Assembly (NCBI GenBank): GCA_965644295.1
Contig: CBFFRP010000314.1
Span: forward strand, 62,001 to 126,000
Reading direction: 5' to 3'
DNA: 64,000 nt
From: Paraphysomonas bandaiensis
Taxonomy: Eukaryota > Protista > Chrysophyceae
The notes below the pieces were generated by a model, which was not told the DNA's origin, made no database searches, and worked only from the letters and a program-made list of their open reading frames with translations. This document shows positions 35,973-50,909 of the stretch, piece after piece; within the stretch, counting starts at the first letter, position 1; the number at the start of each line of letters is the position of its first letter. A program made the translations under genes and the position numbers.

Positions 35973-38568
35973 ATGGTCAATGACATAGCTGGTGTCGCTT
36001 CGAGTGACGTATCAGCACCCTCAACTTCTGATGTTTCTTCACGAAAAGAAGCTTCAGAGAATGATTCAGGGGCTTCACGGCTGTGTTATTTAAGAAATTC
36101 AGATGGCACATCAGATGGAGGGAGTTCACCCAGATCTGATAAGTCCGACATTGTCACATCTAAAGGGGATGGAGGGGTGTGTTATCCAAGAATATTCGCG
36201 CTTCGTCAAAAGCAGAGTGTTGATGGCGTAGATATATCTGGGTTGCCTTTAGAGAAGAGGGGTCTGGCTCATGTTTCCACCATGCACCATGTCACTAGAA
36301 TAACGGAGGGTGGAGTCGTCTGCTTCAGGGTCCGCGTATGTCGCACGTATGTTAAAAGCTTTCTTCCTATGTCTCTTTAATTTTCTTGTATTTTATTGTG
36401 TAGTTGCTCTGGACTGAAGCAGTTGCTTGAACTTGGATCATGCGCTGATTTAGAATCAGCTCTTCTTTTGAATGATGTACATGAAATCATTGAGGGCAGA
36501 TTTTCTCAATTGCAGCTTCTTGTCCCAGAAGATGCTAAATATTTCAAGTCTATATGTGTACGTTTTATCCTATTTTAACAGCAAGCAAAGAATGACGTAT
36601 GTGTAGGTTCGCAAACGTGGTAGCACTGATGATACTCCTGTTATGAATTTAATCAATGAAAGACTGTGGAAAAATCATACTAAACGGTTTGTTCAATCTG
36701 TACAGACCAACTCTCGAGAGGGTGTGAGTCCCACGCCTTCTACTTCAAGTAAAAAGCGACTACGGCCTGATATTAACAATGGTCAGACCTCTGCCCTCCA
36801 AGCTTATGACATCCCCATTGACGCGATCACTCAAGAACCTAATGTTAATCCTCTGCAAAACTTCTGTGAACAAGTAACTACAGGTAGTTGTTCATCTGTT
36901 CTTGCATTTTGGACATGCCGCAGTTGGAACCTAGGAGCCAGTGATGAAGCCCGCGCCAAATGGATCTCTCTAATCGAAGAGTTCCAAGTGGCATTGTTTC
37001 AAATATTTAGCCAGGACACTTCGTTGGCATCAATGCATGCTGCTGGGTTGAATCGAACTGTGGCAGCATTAAGTATTCCACGTGCCATCGTTTTTTCTCT
37101 TCTGGCAAGTCAGTTCGCAGGGAATGATATGAAGCTATTGCAGCACATGTTCCGTCGTCTACATTACTTTCTTCCGAAGCATGACTCACTACGAATTGGC
37201 GAGTTGAGATCCCTGGCAATTCTTATTGGCCTATCAAAAGATCCCAACTCACCAGCAGTCTCTCCTATATCCTCTGTAATGAAGGCAAGGAAGATGATGT
37301 CACATGCGAATATGGGTTTTTTTATCGAGTAAGTACTTTAATATTGTGCTTTTGTTAGTTGTATTCACAGATGTATATAGTTCGTTGCGGCGCTACCTAG
37401 CATACTTGGACAATGCTGCGAAGCTATGTGTATGTGATGGTGTTCTCCTTGATGGTCATGAAGCTGATATCCGCATACTGGGATTTCACAAGCAGATTGA
37501 GAACTGCGTCATATTCATATCCGAGATAGCAACAACTCTAGATGAATTAAGTCACGATACAGGCTATTCCCTAAATCCACAAGTCAATGATCTTCATGTT
37601 ATTGCCCGAAATGTTTGTGGCGTGTCACTTTGTGGAACTGTAGCTCTCTGCGGTACATCATGCCTGCTATGGAAACTACAGGGAGACCGGGAGAGTGTGT
37701 TGCGGTGTGTAAATATATCCAACTCTAACCTCTGCCAAGGGTACTATTGTTTCCGGGAAGAGACTGTGAACTCTCGGTGCTTGTATTCATCTGCTCGATT
37801 AATGGCAACCACTGTTGCGAATATGGGGAGCTCTTCTGGAAGTCAGTGCAATGTTAATCTAGTACAGGAAGTGCTCGCAATGTTGGTAGGAGATTCAACT
37901 TATGCCATTCGAGTTATATTACACATAAGACCATTGGTGCAACTCCCTCCCCCGGTGCTTGAGAATGGTCTAATATCCCGTATAGTAGCAAATTTAGCCG
38001 ATATGGAATCGTACTTCTGTGCATGTGTTGCCTTGATGCAATTCATATCATGTTCAGTTAGAGAAGCGTGTGAGGAAGAAAACTGGGAGGCGGGGTTGCT
38101 TTCAACCATGGATACTGTTCTTGGGCCTCAATTACAGCCTCTCAATGCGGCGAGTATGGATCCTAATCAGCACCCAATGAAAACTCTCTTCGAGCTGCTG
38201 GCATATACTTGTGAAGATATGATCGCAGAGCTTGAGCGAATGAGTGCTGCACCAGTCTTTTCATTAACGTCTTGTGCATTGCTGTCTGCTATCGAAGCAG
38301 CGGCTACAATATCTCGAAGGTGGGTGACAAATATTATTTTGCATTTAGTCTAACTCCTTTGTGGATAGTTTCCCTCAGTATGCTTTGTGTCTGTCACGAG
38401 TGTCAGAAAATTGCTATTGCATGCTACGAAACCTCAGTCGTAGATTTGTCACGTCCCGGTTACTTCTGGAAAGTTTATCGGACTACTCACGAGTGGGTGA
38501 CATTTAATGGTGTAAGATGCATCAAAAAAATTGTAGCGCCCGAAAAAAAGCGCCGATTGGCACTTTGA
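35973..38568 (+). CDS. Hypothetical multi-exon protein of unknown function
   Basis: Chain of long ORFs (35973, 36643, 37304, 38272) separated by short GT-AG introns; basic C-terminus KKRRLAL. Family not recognised. Confidence 0.65.
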
Positions 38569-41015
38569 TTGCATGCGTTGGTGGTATGGATTATGTAAGC
38601 CGACAACTAGAAATATGTCAAAGCTTACGTGGTACGCAGCCTGTATGTGACCCATCTTATATGTGTATGTTCTGAAGTATATGTCCTTTTATAGTTGTCA
38701 CAAAGTCTTCCTATTATTTTTTCTAAGATGAGTATATTTCACTCGAGTCTACGCTTCAGCTCGAAAGTAATATGTATCATGTAGTCAGGTAGTTCGTATA
38801 TTTTGACATGTAATAAGTCCTAGAGTTCAAGTGTATTGATATTATAATTTTGGTCTGAATTGTTTTATGCTCCGAACTTCAGCTGAATACACTCACTTTA
38901 CTCCTGTGAAAAATTAACACCAATAGCCTCAGTAAGATAAGATATTGCTATTGTCTAGCTAACACTATACATTGCAAAAGTATATTTTGACCAGAGAGAA
39001 AAGTAATATTGTTGTTGGGAATGCAGCCTGTATACTTTATATTCTATATATCTACTTCGAAGTGTAGATACTGTATAATAATGCATATATATGCATTTAG
39101 ATAATAATTTCCCGTTTAATTGGATACATCACTGGAGCGCTCTCTTAATTCATAATTGAGCAGTTTGAGTTTACTTCTTAGTAGGATATCTGAAACACTT
39201 TGACCTGCTTATATTAGTAAGTGATGTTAAATAAGGTTCAGTAAGACACAGTGTATCCGTGAATTATGCATAATATAGTATATAGTAGGAGATATAGTTT
39301 CAGTAAAGTTGTGTTGTTGTAGGGTGATTGCAGATTGTAGCAACACATGAACCATGAACCACCAACACCAATACATTTCTCTACAAGTCACTTCTTAACT
39401 ATTTAGAGCTACTGTATTTTCAGTTTGCTTAAATTTTATTCGTATTCCTGTTGTTGTAGTGTGTAGATTCTGTATTTCATTGCTACACAGAAGCAGGATA
39501 GCTACTGGCAATAAACGTCAACAAGCTACAAGAGTACGTAGCTATAATAATATTCCCACTCAATGATCATACTACAACAAACAGGTCTACTTAGCATGAT
39601 GTCACTGTGTGCATATTTTGATGATGTAGCTTCTATGGAAAAGCTTCATTCATCAGCTTCGGAGTAGGTTTGAAGTGTTATTAGTGTAAGATATAATATG
39701 TCAGATTTCACCGTATTGTATAATATATAGCTATATATTAAACCCCGGGCAATAAGAAGGCTATATCATCCCGCGCTTAAAATAAGGGAGGATAGCAACA
39801 AATGCACTCCTACCACAGTAGGATACTGAGGGAATAGCAACTGCGAGGTGTTGAAATTCATACATAAGTGTGATGATGAAATGTGAACAGTTGTAGTCTC
39901 ACGAAAGGTTTCTTGTTGCCTTAACCTAGAGTTAAACTGGATGCCACTGCCCTTAACCACCTATACAGCATCAAATATGACACTAAAGCTCTCCTGACAC
40001 ATTCTTGAAGTTTTTTCGAAGTCCTGTCTATGAAGATAGATCACTTGCACTGACATCATTATGATCTTCAGCAGTCGAAGGATGAAACTTAACTTATAGT
40101 GTTTGATGATCAGCTTTGGATAGTTGGCTCATCACTGTGGTTTCTCTACACTCTACAATAGTGTAATATAATGAATTCACATACAATACATGACTGTCAA
40201 TATCATAATTAAGATAGAAGAGAGCTTCTGTTGAAACGAAAATTTAAGTTGAATGTCTATATTTTCCCGGTGTTGATATGAGCGCTCTGTTGAGCCCAAA
40301 TCAGGTCAAAAAAAGGCTTTTTTTTAGACAAAATGGGGATAAAATTCTCTATTGTATTCTGATTGTGAGCAACAACTCTTATTGAAGAAAATTTCTGCTG
40401 TGATTTTTATTTATTTTTACTCTATATTTCTGAAATAAAATTTATTCATACGCTGTATGTAGTAGCTTAGCGTGCTGACAAAAATATCAATGGTTGTATG
40501 TGCTATAGGTTCCAAACAAATACGATTACACACCTAGTTTCTTGTGTTGCAAAACAAACTTTCTAGCAATCCATATAAAGGTCTTTGAGTTCTCAATCTA
40601 CTTTCAGTGTAGTTAACCCCAACTCCTTGCCATTCCTTGCTAATTGTCATGGATATAAGAGTATAAAAGTTAATAGCATGATCCTCAGTATTAATGAAAT
40701 ATTCGAGGCGACACATGGTTTCTATCACGTCATGGTTAGAAAATAATAGCAACAATTCGTCCGAACAGAAATGGCAAGTAGTTAAACACAGGAAAATACA
40801 GGTTCACAATTTTGTTTGTTGTAAACATGGGCACATAGAATGAGTGGTTTATGGTGCAATGGAAGAAACCTATATGCTAAAGGTCTAGTCCCTGATCATC
40901 TGTAATATCCCTGTATACGTGTAGCATGGGTATTCCAGCTATCGACTGCAATAGCAGCCTTCGGTGCACACCACACTGCCCCACCCAAAAAGCCTCTCTG
41001 GTAATTCCTCCATTT

Positions 41016-41762
41016 CTACGATGACTTTCGCTCCGTACTATTTCGTGATTTCTGTTCGAGATACTCTTCACTTAATTGCCGAACAATTGACAAAATTTGA
41101 TCACGAAACTCAGTGCACTCTCTCTCATGTAAAAGCGCCATAAGATTATTCGAGATAGTATCAATGCCATGCAGGGGGCTTTGGGAGTCAACGTGCATTG
41201 CCAAATATTTCGTTATCAATAACATAAATACACCACAGTCATATCCATTACTCTGCTGAGGTGTGGGTACCTCCACGACAGGGTGTTCATATTCCCTGTT
41301 ATCGCGTTAGGAGATGCTTCTTATCATGATATCTACTTACCACTGCAGGACTAGACACAATCGTTGCATTGTGATCACAGCAGATTCTTTATTCGTACGG
41401 CAGGTGCTGGAATCAAAATGATAGGCCTTTCTATCAATGGCATCCACAACCAACAAACTCCAATGATTCGAAATGTTTGAAAAGGACAAATTGTCACTGC
41501 AAGGCACAAAGAGTAAAGATCTGGAGGGCACATTGAATCTTCTTGACAGATGAGACATATCGTCACTGTCAAGATGCTGTAGTTTAAAGTACGACACAAC
41601 AGAGGGGTCGACGAACAACAGAAACGGCTTCGAAGCGAATTCTGAGTGCTCAAAATATCTAAAGCAGAAGTTGATCGCGCTGTCATTGAGCCACTGGCCC
41701 GATAAGAAACACCTCACATCACTTTCATACAGCACTGCGTCATGATAGTCCAGTAACGCCAT
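41016..41762 (-). CDS. SENP8: NEDD8-specific protease (SENP8/NEDP1, Ulp1/C48 family), 2 exons
   Basis: YHDAVLYESDV...WLNDSAINF, HWSLLV, HFDS, QQSNGYDCGVF; intron 41340-41296. Confidence 0.92.
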
Positions 41763-42079
41763 TATACTTGCACGGGGTTATCAGGAGCCTACAGAGATCA
41801 CCAGTGCTCACAGTGTGACCGCACCCGCCCATGCATGCACAATGCATGAGATCGTCCTTATACAGCGTATATACGGTGGTCCATGTATAGGTATACACGT
41901 AGATGCCCTGTACAGTACCTATGCACAAGCCCGCCCTATAAGAATATGATCGTTATACTGCTGTACGCTCTGCTGTATACCTCGACATGTATACGTGTAC
42001 GTGTACGTGTACGTGTACTACGGATCCATAGCAGCGATGGGGTGCTGTGTGTGATTCATACACTGAGGGAGTCACTCAG

Positions 42080-42807
42080 ATGAGCTCTCTGAAGGTCGCA
42101 AGCAGAGCGTTGCATGAGTTATCGTCACCATCAATAGTTTCACAGGAGTGATTGTGTTTTTCCTTGAGAGGTTCGCTCGATCAGATCGCCGTATAACTGA
42201 CACCATATTGCTGTACATGGATTTGTACTGTACGAAACTGAAGTTAGAGATTGTGAAGTTCTGTTCGTCGATTAGAAGCAGTAACGAAGTCATTTTATCA
42301 TCTCTCATCGGTGAAGAATTCGAATGGTGTGCGTATGAGGCCTTCGTGTCGGGTTTAGCGTCATTGAAGCTATGTGAGGTGAAGTATGCGGCTTGTCGAG
42401 AACACGCCAATCAGCTGGAGCGTGATATTGACAATCTTATCCGAGAAAATATTGGCTTAAATAAGTACATAAGAGATTCTGAATTTCGATCTACAAACGT
42501 TGCGATTGCTAATAGACAGCTTGCTCAGTCGCGAAAGTTACTGGAAGAAGAGATATTGGCTCATGCAAGTGCAGTGCAGCTACTTGAAACCAACGAAGCT
42601 AAAATCACAGAGCTGAGGCAAAAGTGCCATTTAATCGAGACTTTGGAAAGTCAGTTAGCGGAGGCAAAAGGAAGAATATCCGTATTGGAGGCGGAGATAT
42701 TGCGGAGAAAATCGAATAGGCTATCAGATTGTAGTGTGACAAATTTTGCGAGCAAGGAAAACTTGACAAAGGTGTCCGCAAGTCAAGGTGTATGTGATAC
42801 ATTGTAG
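42080..42807 (+). CDS. Hypothetical coiled-coil protein
   Basis: ORF 42148-42807 with a heptad-like C-terminal half; the true start and first exon are uncertain. Confidence 0.55.
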
Positions 42808-43446
42808 TCATGTAGATACTGTATTATAATTGCGAATATAATATATATAACTGTGTTGTCGTCATTGTGAATTTGTCTTTGCAAATGCCCTTGGCGTGGT
42901 GTGGAGTTATATCTCGGAAATTCTAAAATAGCCAACAGTGACACTATCACTTAATCATACGAAAGAACAATTGAATATCTTATAAAACTATACGTATGCT
43001 TCTTTTGTGCAAACTTGTATGAGATATGAAAATTGGTTAGACGGCCTCGTGTATCAAATTTTGACATTTTATGACAAGTGTGAACTTAACAAATGAAGGT
43101 AAACTTATACTCAATGCTGAGAATTATAAATTATAATCAACATCTCTTGTCATTTATCATTTTCATGTTGCCTCTACTACAATTAGTTTCTCGTACGACC
43201 TTACGTCGTCACTACAACTTCCATCATCACTATAATCCGTTTCACTGCTCTATACTTAGATATTAGATACTTAGTAGTAAACTATATTAGCAATAGGCGT
43301 GTAAGCCACATACTTATCATAGGGCGTTTAACTACAACTATATACTACTCGTAACGGTTATAATTTAAACACCTTGCAACTACAGTTCTTAATTGCTATC
43401 ACATAGCAGAACTCAACATCGTGCAGAGTCCTTGTTAGCTATTAAC

Positions 43447-44737
43447 TAGGGCTGGGAATTAATTAATTGGTATTCAATTAATTGCAGTTAATTATCAATA
43501 ATTGAAATTGGGAGAGCAAGTTATAATTGTAATTATAATTGGGCAAAGTTTCTTCAATTAATTGTCAATTATTGCAATTACTTGAAAATTTAATATATAG
43601 CAAGTACCATCAACTGATACTGGGAAGTTATACACTTAACCATAAGCAGATTAAATTACCAATTATAGATTTTTCAATTACTTTATGACCTTTAACATAT
43701 GTTCAAATATATTCATTCTGAAACTGGAAGGCGGATGTAGTAGTGAGTGTCTCATTTTAGCAATAGTCGCTTCAATCGACAATTAAGTGTTATGTAGTCT
43801 TGTTTTCAACCACTACCACAAAATATATATATGTAGAACGCTTAATACATTTGGAATTAAGAAACGATCTGATAAAACTGAATATAGTTCTCTGAAGGAT
43901 TTCGATATTCTTAAGTGATTTATTCCTGGTATAAACTCAAACCAGTAGTGGAGAGTTAGAGTTGGTTTTTGAATACGACCGATTTAAATTGATTGAATCT
44001 ACTAGTCACACCAGTATCAATGTAAACCCCCAGTCATGAAAATATAAAGACTTATCATTGTAGAATAATATATATATATACAACCTAGTCAAAATTGGTG
44101 TCGAAACCTACTAGTCAAGTGGTTGAAAAACCTAGTCATTTAATAATTCATATTTTAGTTTACAATTAATTACTAGGGCGACTAGATATCAACTTTTTGT
44201 GTCATGAAAACCTCCTTTCTAGGTTGAATAATTTTGGCCCAGATCTTTGATATAGTCACGATCGTATATAATAGTCAATATATTTTAGTTTAACTAACAT
44301 GATTCATATCATTAATTATTTATGTAATACTGTTTACAACAACTACTGTACTCACAAGTAGCGGCAGTAATACTTAATAGTACAAATACCTAAATCCTAA
44401 AATACAGCTTTTAATTGCTTACAACCTAGTAAATCTCAACATGATAGATAGTCCTTTACTAATCGATCTGGATAAAAATTATCTCTTAGGAGATGTCCTT
44501 TTATAATAAACACGCGAAATTCAATGCTTCCAGAATGATATGTTGAAGGCTTTTCAGTAGAGCAAAATCAACATGATTATCTGCGCAAATCTATGACACC
44601 TCATCGATTGGAGGCCATTGTGTTCTTGCGTTTCAATAGACTCCTGTGGAATTCAAGTACAGTTGAAGATACTACTATTCTGTAAAATGTAACAATTTAA
44701 TTAGACAATAATTGCCATTAATTGTTACGCAGCCCTA
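43447..44737. mobile_element. Degenerate non-autonomous hAT-like DNA transposon
   Basis: Imperfect TIRs TAGGGCTGGGAATTAATTAATTGG and revcomp TAGGGCTGCGTAACAATTAATGG. The 8-bp flanks ctattaac and gtgttaaa match at 5/8. AT-rich, no ORF. Confidence 0.65.
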
Positions 44738-44917
44738 GTGTTAAAAAACACTGCTATATAGTATATAGAGACCACAAGTAACAGACAATTCATCAGGTAC
44801 TAAACAAGTGCTACAAGAAGGGTACGTTCTACCAAGTCATATTAATAGTGTACGCTAAATATACCAATGTATCTATATCATCATAGTTCTATTCTTCCAA
44901 CACATCTATAATTTATA

Positions 44918-47900
44918 TCATATATTATTACATAGCTTTAGTTTCGCCTTCCATGCCGCAGCAGCGAGTTGTCTTAGCTGCCTGCACATAATCGGTCCTG
45001 TCTCGAAAACCATCGATGCTAAAGTATTGCGCGGTATGTGCAAAGACCTTAAGGTTGATCCGTCAGGAATATTTAAACACTGTGGATTCTCGATACAGTC
45101 CCCGAAATATTTCGACAGAAGGACGTGTGGGTGGTCCATCTCGGCTAGCTGTCCTTTCGACATAACTATGACTTTGTCGCAGTCAATCACTGTAAGTATT
45201 CTAAGAAAGCAACAACGTATAGTTAAAGCAATAATTGTATAGCGATTTACACACACCTGTGTGCCACCATGATCACTGTGCTTTCACTGAATTCTTTCTT
45301 GATCGCTAATTGTACTTTCTCATCAGTATCTAAATCCACATTCGCAGTTGCCTAAAAGTTAATCACTTAGACCCAAGTGTTAACGACTCCAAATAATACG
45401 TACCTCATCCATAATAAGAATTCTATTATTTTGTAATATGGCTCTCGCTAAACAGAGAAGTTGCCTCTCTCCTACGGAGAAATTGCTCCCATTTTCAGCT
45501 ACCATAGCACTCAAACCCATCCCGTTTGATGCCTTAGCGACCACATCATTCAACGACACGCACTCCAACGCCTGCCATATCTGCGCGTCTGTGTACTTGT
45601 GAAAGATATCCATATTTTCTCTAATGGTCCCCGAGAATAAGAAAGGTACCTGGGGAATAACCGATATCGTTGGTCTCAGGTCATGCAAACCTATGGATTT
45701 TATATCAACTCCGTCTATCTGTATGGTTCCTCCCTCGTACTCAAGTAAGCGCAGTATAACAGACATAAGCGTGCTCTTGCCTATGCAACAGGAAAATAAA
45801 TAATTTCTTCTGAAAATAAATATACTGTAATACACACCTGCACCGGTCCTGCCCACAACGCCAACCCTTTCTCCAGGGTCAATCGTGAAGGATACTCCTT
45901 GCAATACGTTTGGTGCCCCAGGACGATAGGCACACACAATATCTTTGGCAACAATGTGCCCCTTCTCAGGCCATTCTGGGCGAGAGGATATATCCACGGG
46001 GCCACGGAGCGCACTCTCAGAAGGAAGATGGCTATAGGCCACGATTCGTTCAACAGAAACCATCATATTCTCCATCTACAAAACAGCATTTAATTTGCAA
46101 TTTATGTAATGAAAACTACATGGTCAATCACCTCAGCGCTCTGTCTGATGCACCATTGAAACAGGCCTGCTAACTGCAGCACGTACCTGGTAACACGACA
46201 TAAGAATGCAAATAAAAATATCCAGATAAATAACTCACATAATACCAGCTGCAAGTGCCTCAGGACTTCCCCCTATTCCATACTGATTAGCTACTACAGC
46301 ACCAAATGTAGAGGCTGCCAGTAGTACGACCACTGCGGCGTCCAGACGAAAACCAAACCATCGACTAGCAGACGAAAATGAAAAATCTGCCCTGGTATGG
46401 ATATCCACGAGAGACTTATGAATGTCCTGAAAATCAAACACACGGTCATAGGCTCGAATTGTCGTCAGTCCATCGAGGGTCTCAGAAATTAAGGAAAAAA
46501 CAGGAGATCGACTAAGCGCATCAAGGCGTTTCACCTGCAACATATATGGTCACTATCGATTCAAACTGCACAGATACATATACTCCACAACGGTACAGAT
46601 TCGAAGTCAGTGCAGAAAGAAAAGCACAGCACGGCAATGAAGTGCACCTCACGAGAAGTCTTTAAGAAAGTTTTCCTTAAGTATAGGAAGTACGGCCCAA
46701 GGGGTAAAAGACTGATGGTAATAACTGGACTTCCGATGCACACCACAATTATAGCTGCCAGCACCATAAGTGCACATTGAACAAAGTCGTAGAATGTGAA
46801 CGGCAGCATATCTACATTATAACAAATGTCATGGCATTCGTACAGTGCAACACATGATAATACCATCGACGAAGTGCATATCTTTCGAAAATCTGTTCAA
46901 TACACGCCCAATTGGATTGCTACAAAATACGTTGTCGATTAGTCACACTAAATAATCCCAACTGTACGACATCACCTATCGAAGAATAATATTGTCGCAC
47001 GAAGAACGCTATCTATCATTCTGTCGTGAAGTTTTGTCGCAGCAATAGCGGTTAACTGCGTCGCGATATACCAGTGAATATAGATAAATTTACGACAGTT
47101 AAAATACCTGAAACGACATCACACAGCGTGCGATTGCCACCACGAAGCATGCCACTACGAGCCCTGTGTATATGTACACATTTTTCATCTGTTCCTGTTC
47201 ATTTTCAGATTGTCTTGACCACGAAGCCAGCCACACAGTGGAAAGAATAACCAACACCTATTTCACATGAACTCATATACGGATGAATAATCAGGTTTGA
47301 GCTTCTGCTACCTGTCCAAGAGACATCACTGCGAGCAAAGTCAAGCATGCCACAGCTCCGCCCATTGCTGAAAAGTACTTTTTGTAGGTGCTAACAGTCA
47401 CATTTCCCACGGTCCTGTCTTCGGCAACTGTAATTCCGCCAACAGCTGGGTCTTCTGCTTTGTTCTTTTCGTACAATGGCTCTACTTCTGACATTTCACT
47501 CTTGCAATCATCGTCGCCACATAGTGGAGCATAAGTGTCCCGCTGATCTACTGCTGTTATCTCAATGGACGAATCTTCAATCGTGCCATAGACATGATCT
47601 GAGCTGTGTTCATGATGACCTATGACCTCTACAACTGAGCTTATTTCATCACATGACCCCATACGTTCGCGGATTTCTTCCTCTACAACAAAATGGTTTA
47701 CAGAATGCCCAATTTTCAGCCCAGCAGTTGAACTCTCGTTCGGTTGACAGTCACAAACACGCTCTTTCGCACATCCCTCTTCACTGTCATCGGTACTGTC
47801 TAGCCAATCCAGCGCTCCACTTCGCTGAAGGTTGGTATACGTATCAACATGAAGGATGCGCCCGCTGTCAATAACTACAATCCGTGAAACACATTCGCTG

Positions 47901-50471
47901 GACAAGAACTGAACCTGATGTGTGACCAACACACGTGTCTTTTCTCCCAATTCGCCACAAACAGCATTTTGAAATAAAGTGTTTCCCACTTTCGGGTCAA
48001 CTGCACTCAATGGATCATCTAAGAGACATATGTCCGAATCCGAATACACAGCACGAGCTAAACCAACCCTGCAGATATAATACAAGTCATACTTTAATGA
48101 GATTTAGACAATGTCTTTCTGCCGCTACACTGGCAAGTAATTCTAAACTACGATTGCACTGTACCCAATTTACCTAGCTCGCTGGCCTCCAGACAGATTT
48201 ACTCCTTTGTCTCCGATAACAGTCTCATCACCGGCAGATAGAAGTTGTAAATCAGATAACAAGTCGCACGACCGAAGTGCCTTCATATACTTCTCCTCAT
48301 CATAAGGTTTTCCGAAAAGAATATTGCTTTTCAACTGCGAAACATCACACTATTAATGAAAAGTAACAAGGTAGCATGTATACATGATATATGGTGAATT
48401 ACACTGAAACTATGGATTCAATGGTTAAAGAGGCAACTATCGATAGCCACAGTACCGTTGTGCTCATTATCCACGGCTCTTGTGTGCAAAATGCCAAGGA
48501 CCCATGGCGTTCTACCCTGCTAGACTCACGTATAGGTTCAAGTTCACCTAAATATTGATTCGTTATTGCAATGATGTATGCGGGGGACAAATTCTACCAA
48601 GAAGGGCCATCAACAGCGAAGTTTTAGCCGAACCAACTGGTCCGACAACTACTATTAATTCCCCTTTACGGACTTCCAAACTGACATTCTTTAACACTAA
48701 ATTTCGGGAAACAGCAATTTCTCCCTCAGAGTCAGCCTTGGCAGGGGGTGTAGACGATTCCCATGTGGCAGAAAAGTTCCTCAGTGCAATCACTACCCTA
48801 TCGTCGTCAGGAGAGAACTCATTGATGCATACAGCTGCCATTTCAAGTCCCCTCTCGTGACTTTCTACTATATTACGCTTGTCGACTCTATCCATTTCAT
48901 CAAGTAGTAGTAAAGCCTGAGTACGCTTGATAGCTACATAGCATTGAGATGCGAAAACCACTATATGATACGATGTGAGTTTCAATGGACAGTCAACTTG
49001 CAAAACACACCACACCTGCAAGCGGGAAAAACTGTATTGGCACAAAAGAAAAGCCGTTAGAACAATAAAATAAACAGTCAACGACTTCACCTTCACTAGA
49101 GTGAACTGCACAATGCCGTAGTACGTTAGCACTATACAAAGAAAACGAATGTTATAAAAATTTTGAGCAACTGAAATATACCTGTAAAAACAGTGCGCGG
49201 TTTCAAAGTGCCGCCAGTCTGACTGAAGGTTATGAACGTGATCGCTCCAACCACAACAGGAGCTGCAAAGAACATGGCCTACATAAATACACAACGTTAC
49301 GGTTATACACACATCGGTTGAAATAGTTAATATATAGTTATGTAGTACATGCTGTCACCTCATTGAGCCCTTTGATATTATTAATACGTAGCAGCAGCTT
49401 CATCTCTTCTAACCTCACTGAACCAACGAGAGCCTTAAATGCCCACTCCCAACCGTTAATTTTCATCAGTCGGGCGCCTCCAAGAGCCTGAGACACCAGC
49501 TTAATGCGCTCATCTGTGCGCTTTCCTAAGGCGCCTCGGAGGTGAGTGAGATTTCGTGAGAGTCCCATTTGAAGTGGAATTAAAAGAACAATAGCAGCAA
49601 ACCCGGCAATAAAAGGCAGTCCAATCTAAATTTATATCAGTTCTATCACACAACATATCAATAATAAAGCTAAGTCTACAGAGATGCCAACTGTGCAACT
49701 ACGTCTATGAAAACCATAAACTCGAATTCACTCACCTCGTATATACCCACGATCAATATTACAATCGCTTCAATAATAGGCTCGTATAAGAAGTGTACAA
49801 ATATCCCACCCTGCTGAAAAGCCTCCACGTCTTGGCTTGATAGATTTACTACGTGACTGGACTCAATATGGGAGAGTGATCTCAAGCTTAGCTTGATAGC
49901 TTTGTCGTATATAAGCGTCGTGACAGCAATTCTTAATTGCATTCCCATTCTCCACCCATAGAAAAAGTACTGATGGTGCATCAACCCAACAAGTGCACCA
50001 GTTATAGTAATCAGAGCACTGATGACGTACCCATTGTTAAAAGCTTGAGTTCCAGAACTTCCCCCTGTGAGAATTATATCCACAAAGTATCCCAGAAGAA
50101 TAGCTTGGAATATCTTTACTCCAGATTCCAGAATAAGAATAATGCCAGTCCAAAAATATTTCGGGGCGAATGCCCTAAAGAGTGCATTCAATAGCGAGGG
50201 GCGCTTTCGGGAGAGCTCCTTATTCCATTCGTCAGACACAAGTTTGTTTAAATTGATACTCTCGTCGTCGACAGTGATAGCAGGCAAGTCTTCCTGTGAG
50301 AGGTTCTTACTGACTCCATCTGTATATAATCAGGAGCAATAGATGGGTATATAACGATAAAACCAAACCTTTAATGAGCTGTGTCGGCCACAAGAAGAAC
50401 AATCTGCTGATAACTCCTGCGGTCTCGTAGGGGTTTCTCAGCTGCTTTGAGCTGTCATAGTCACCACTCAT
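44918..50471 (-). CDS. ABC transporter subfamily C (MRP4-like), multi-exon
   Basis: N-terminal NPYETAGVISRLFFLW; NBD1 GPVGSAKT, LSGGQ, LLDDPLSAVD; NBD2 GRTGAGKS, NFSVGERQLLCLARA, MDEA; TMD2 motif VKRLDALSRSPVFS. Confidence 0.93.
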
Positions 50472-50909
50472 GCTTACTATATTGCAGAAGACAGTACTAC
50501 AAACGGGATATCGTCAATTCACCTCTCCTCGCTGTTCACCCTCAGAGCGGATGGGGCTCTTCTTCGAATCATGATCTGCACGGCGGGACGACTCTGCGTG
50601 TGTTTCATATACAGAAGTGCATTGCTATCGTACTGTGGCCACCAGTTTCGGTCACATATTCGTATGTTTGATTTGATTGGTGGATTTATCTGTCCCACAT
50701 AGAGTACAGGAATAGAATACAGAATACAGTTTGGAATACAAGAGTTGGAACAGTGCCCATCTCTGCAGGATGAGCGTGTGATGGGGCATGATGCATGGGG
50801 TTGTTGCCTGCCGCTGCACTCAACTGCACAGTGGTCACGAACAGGGCAGATAATCATCACATTACATTGCAATCTAATATCAGAACGAAAATCTGAATCG
50901 GAGTAAGAA

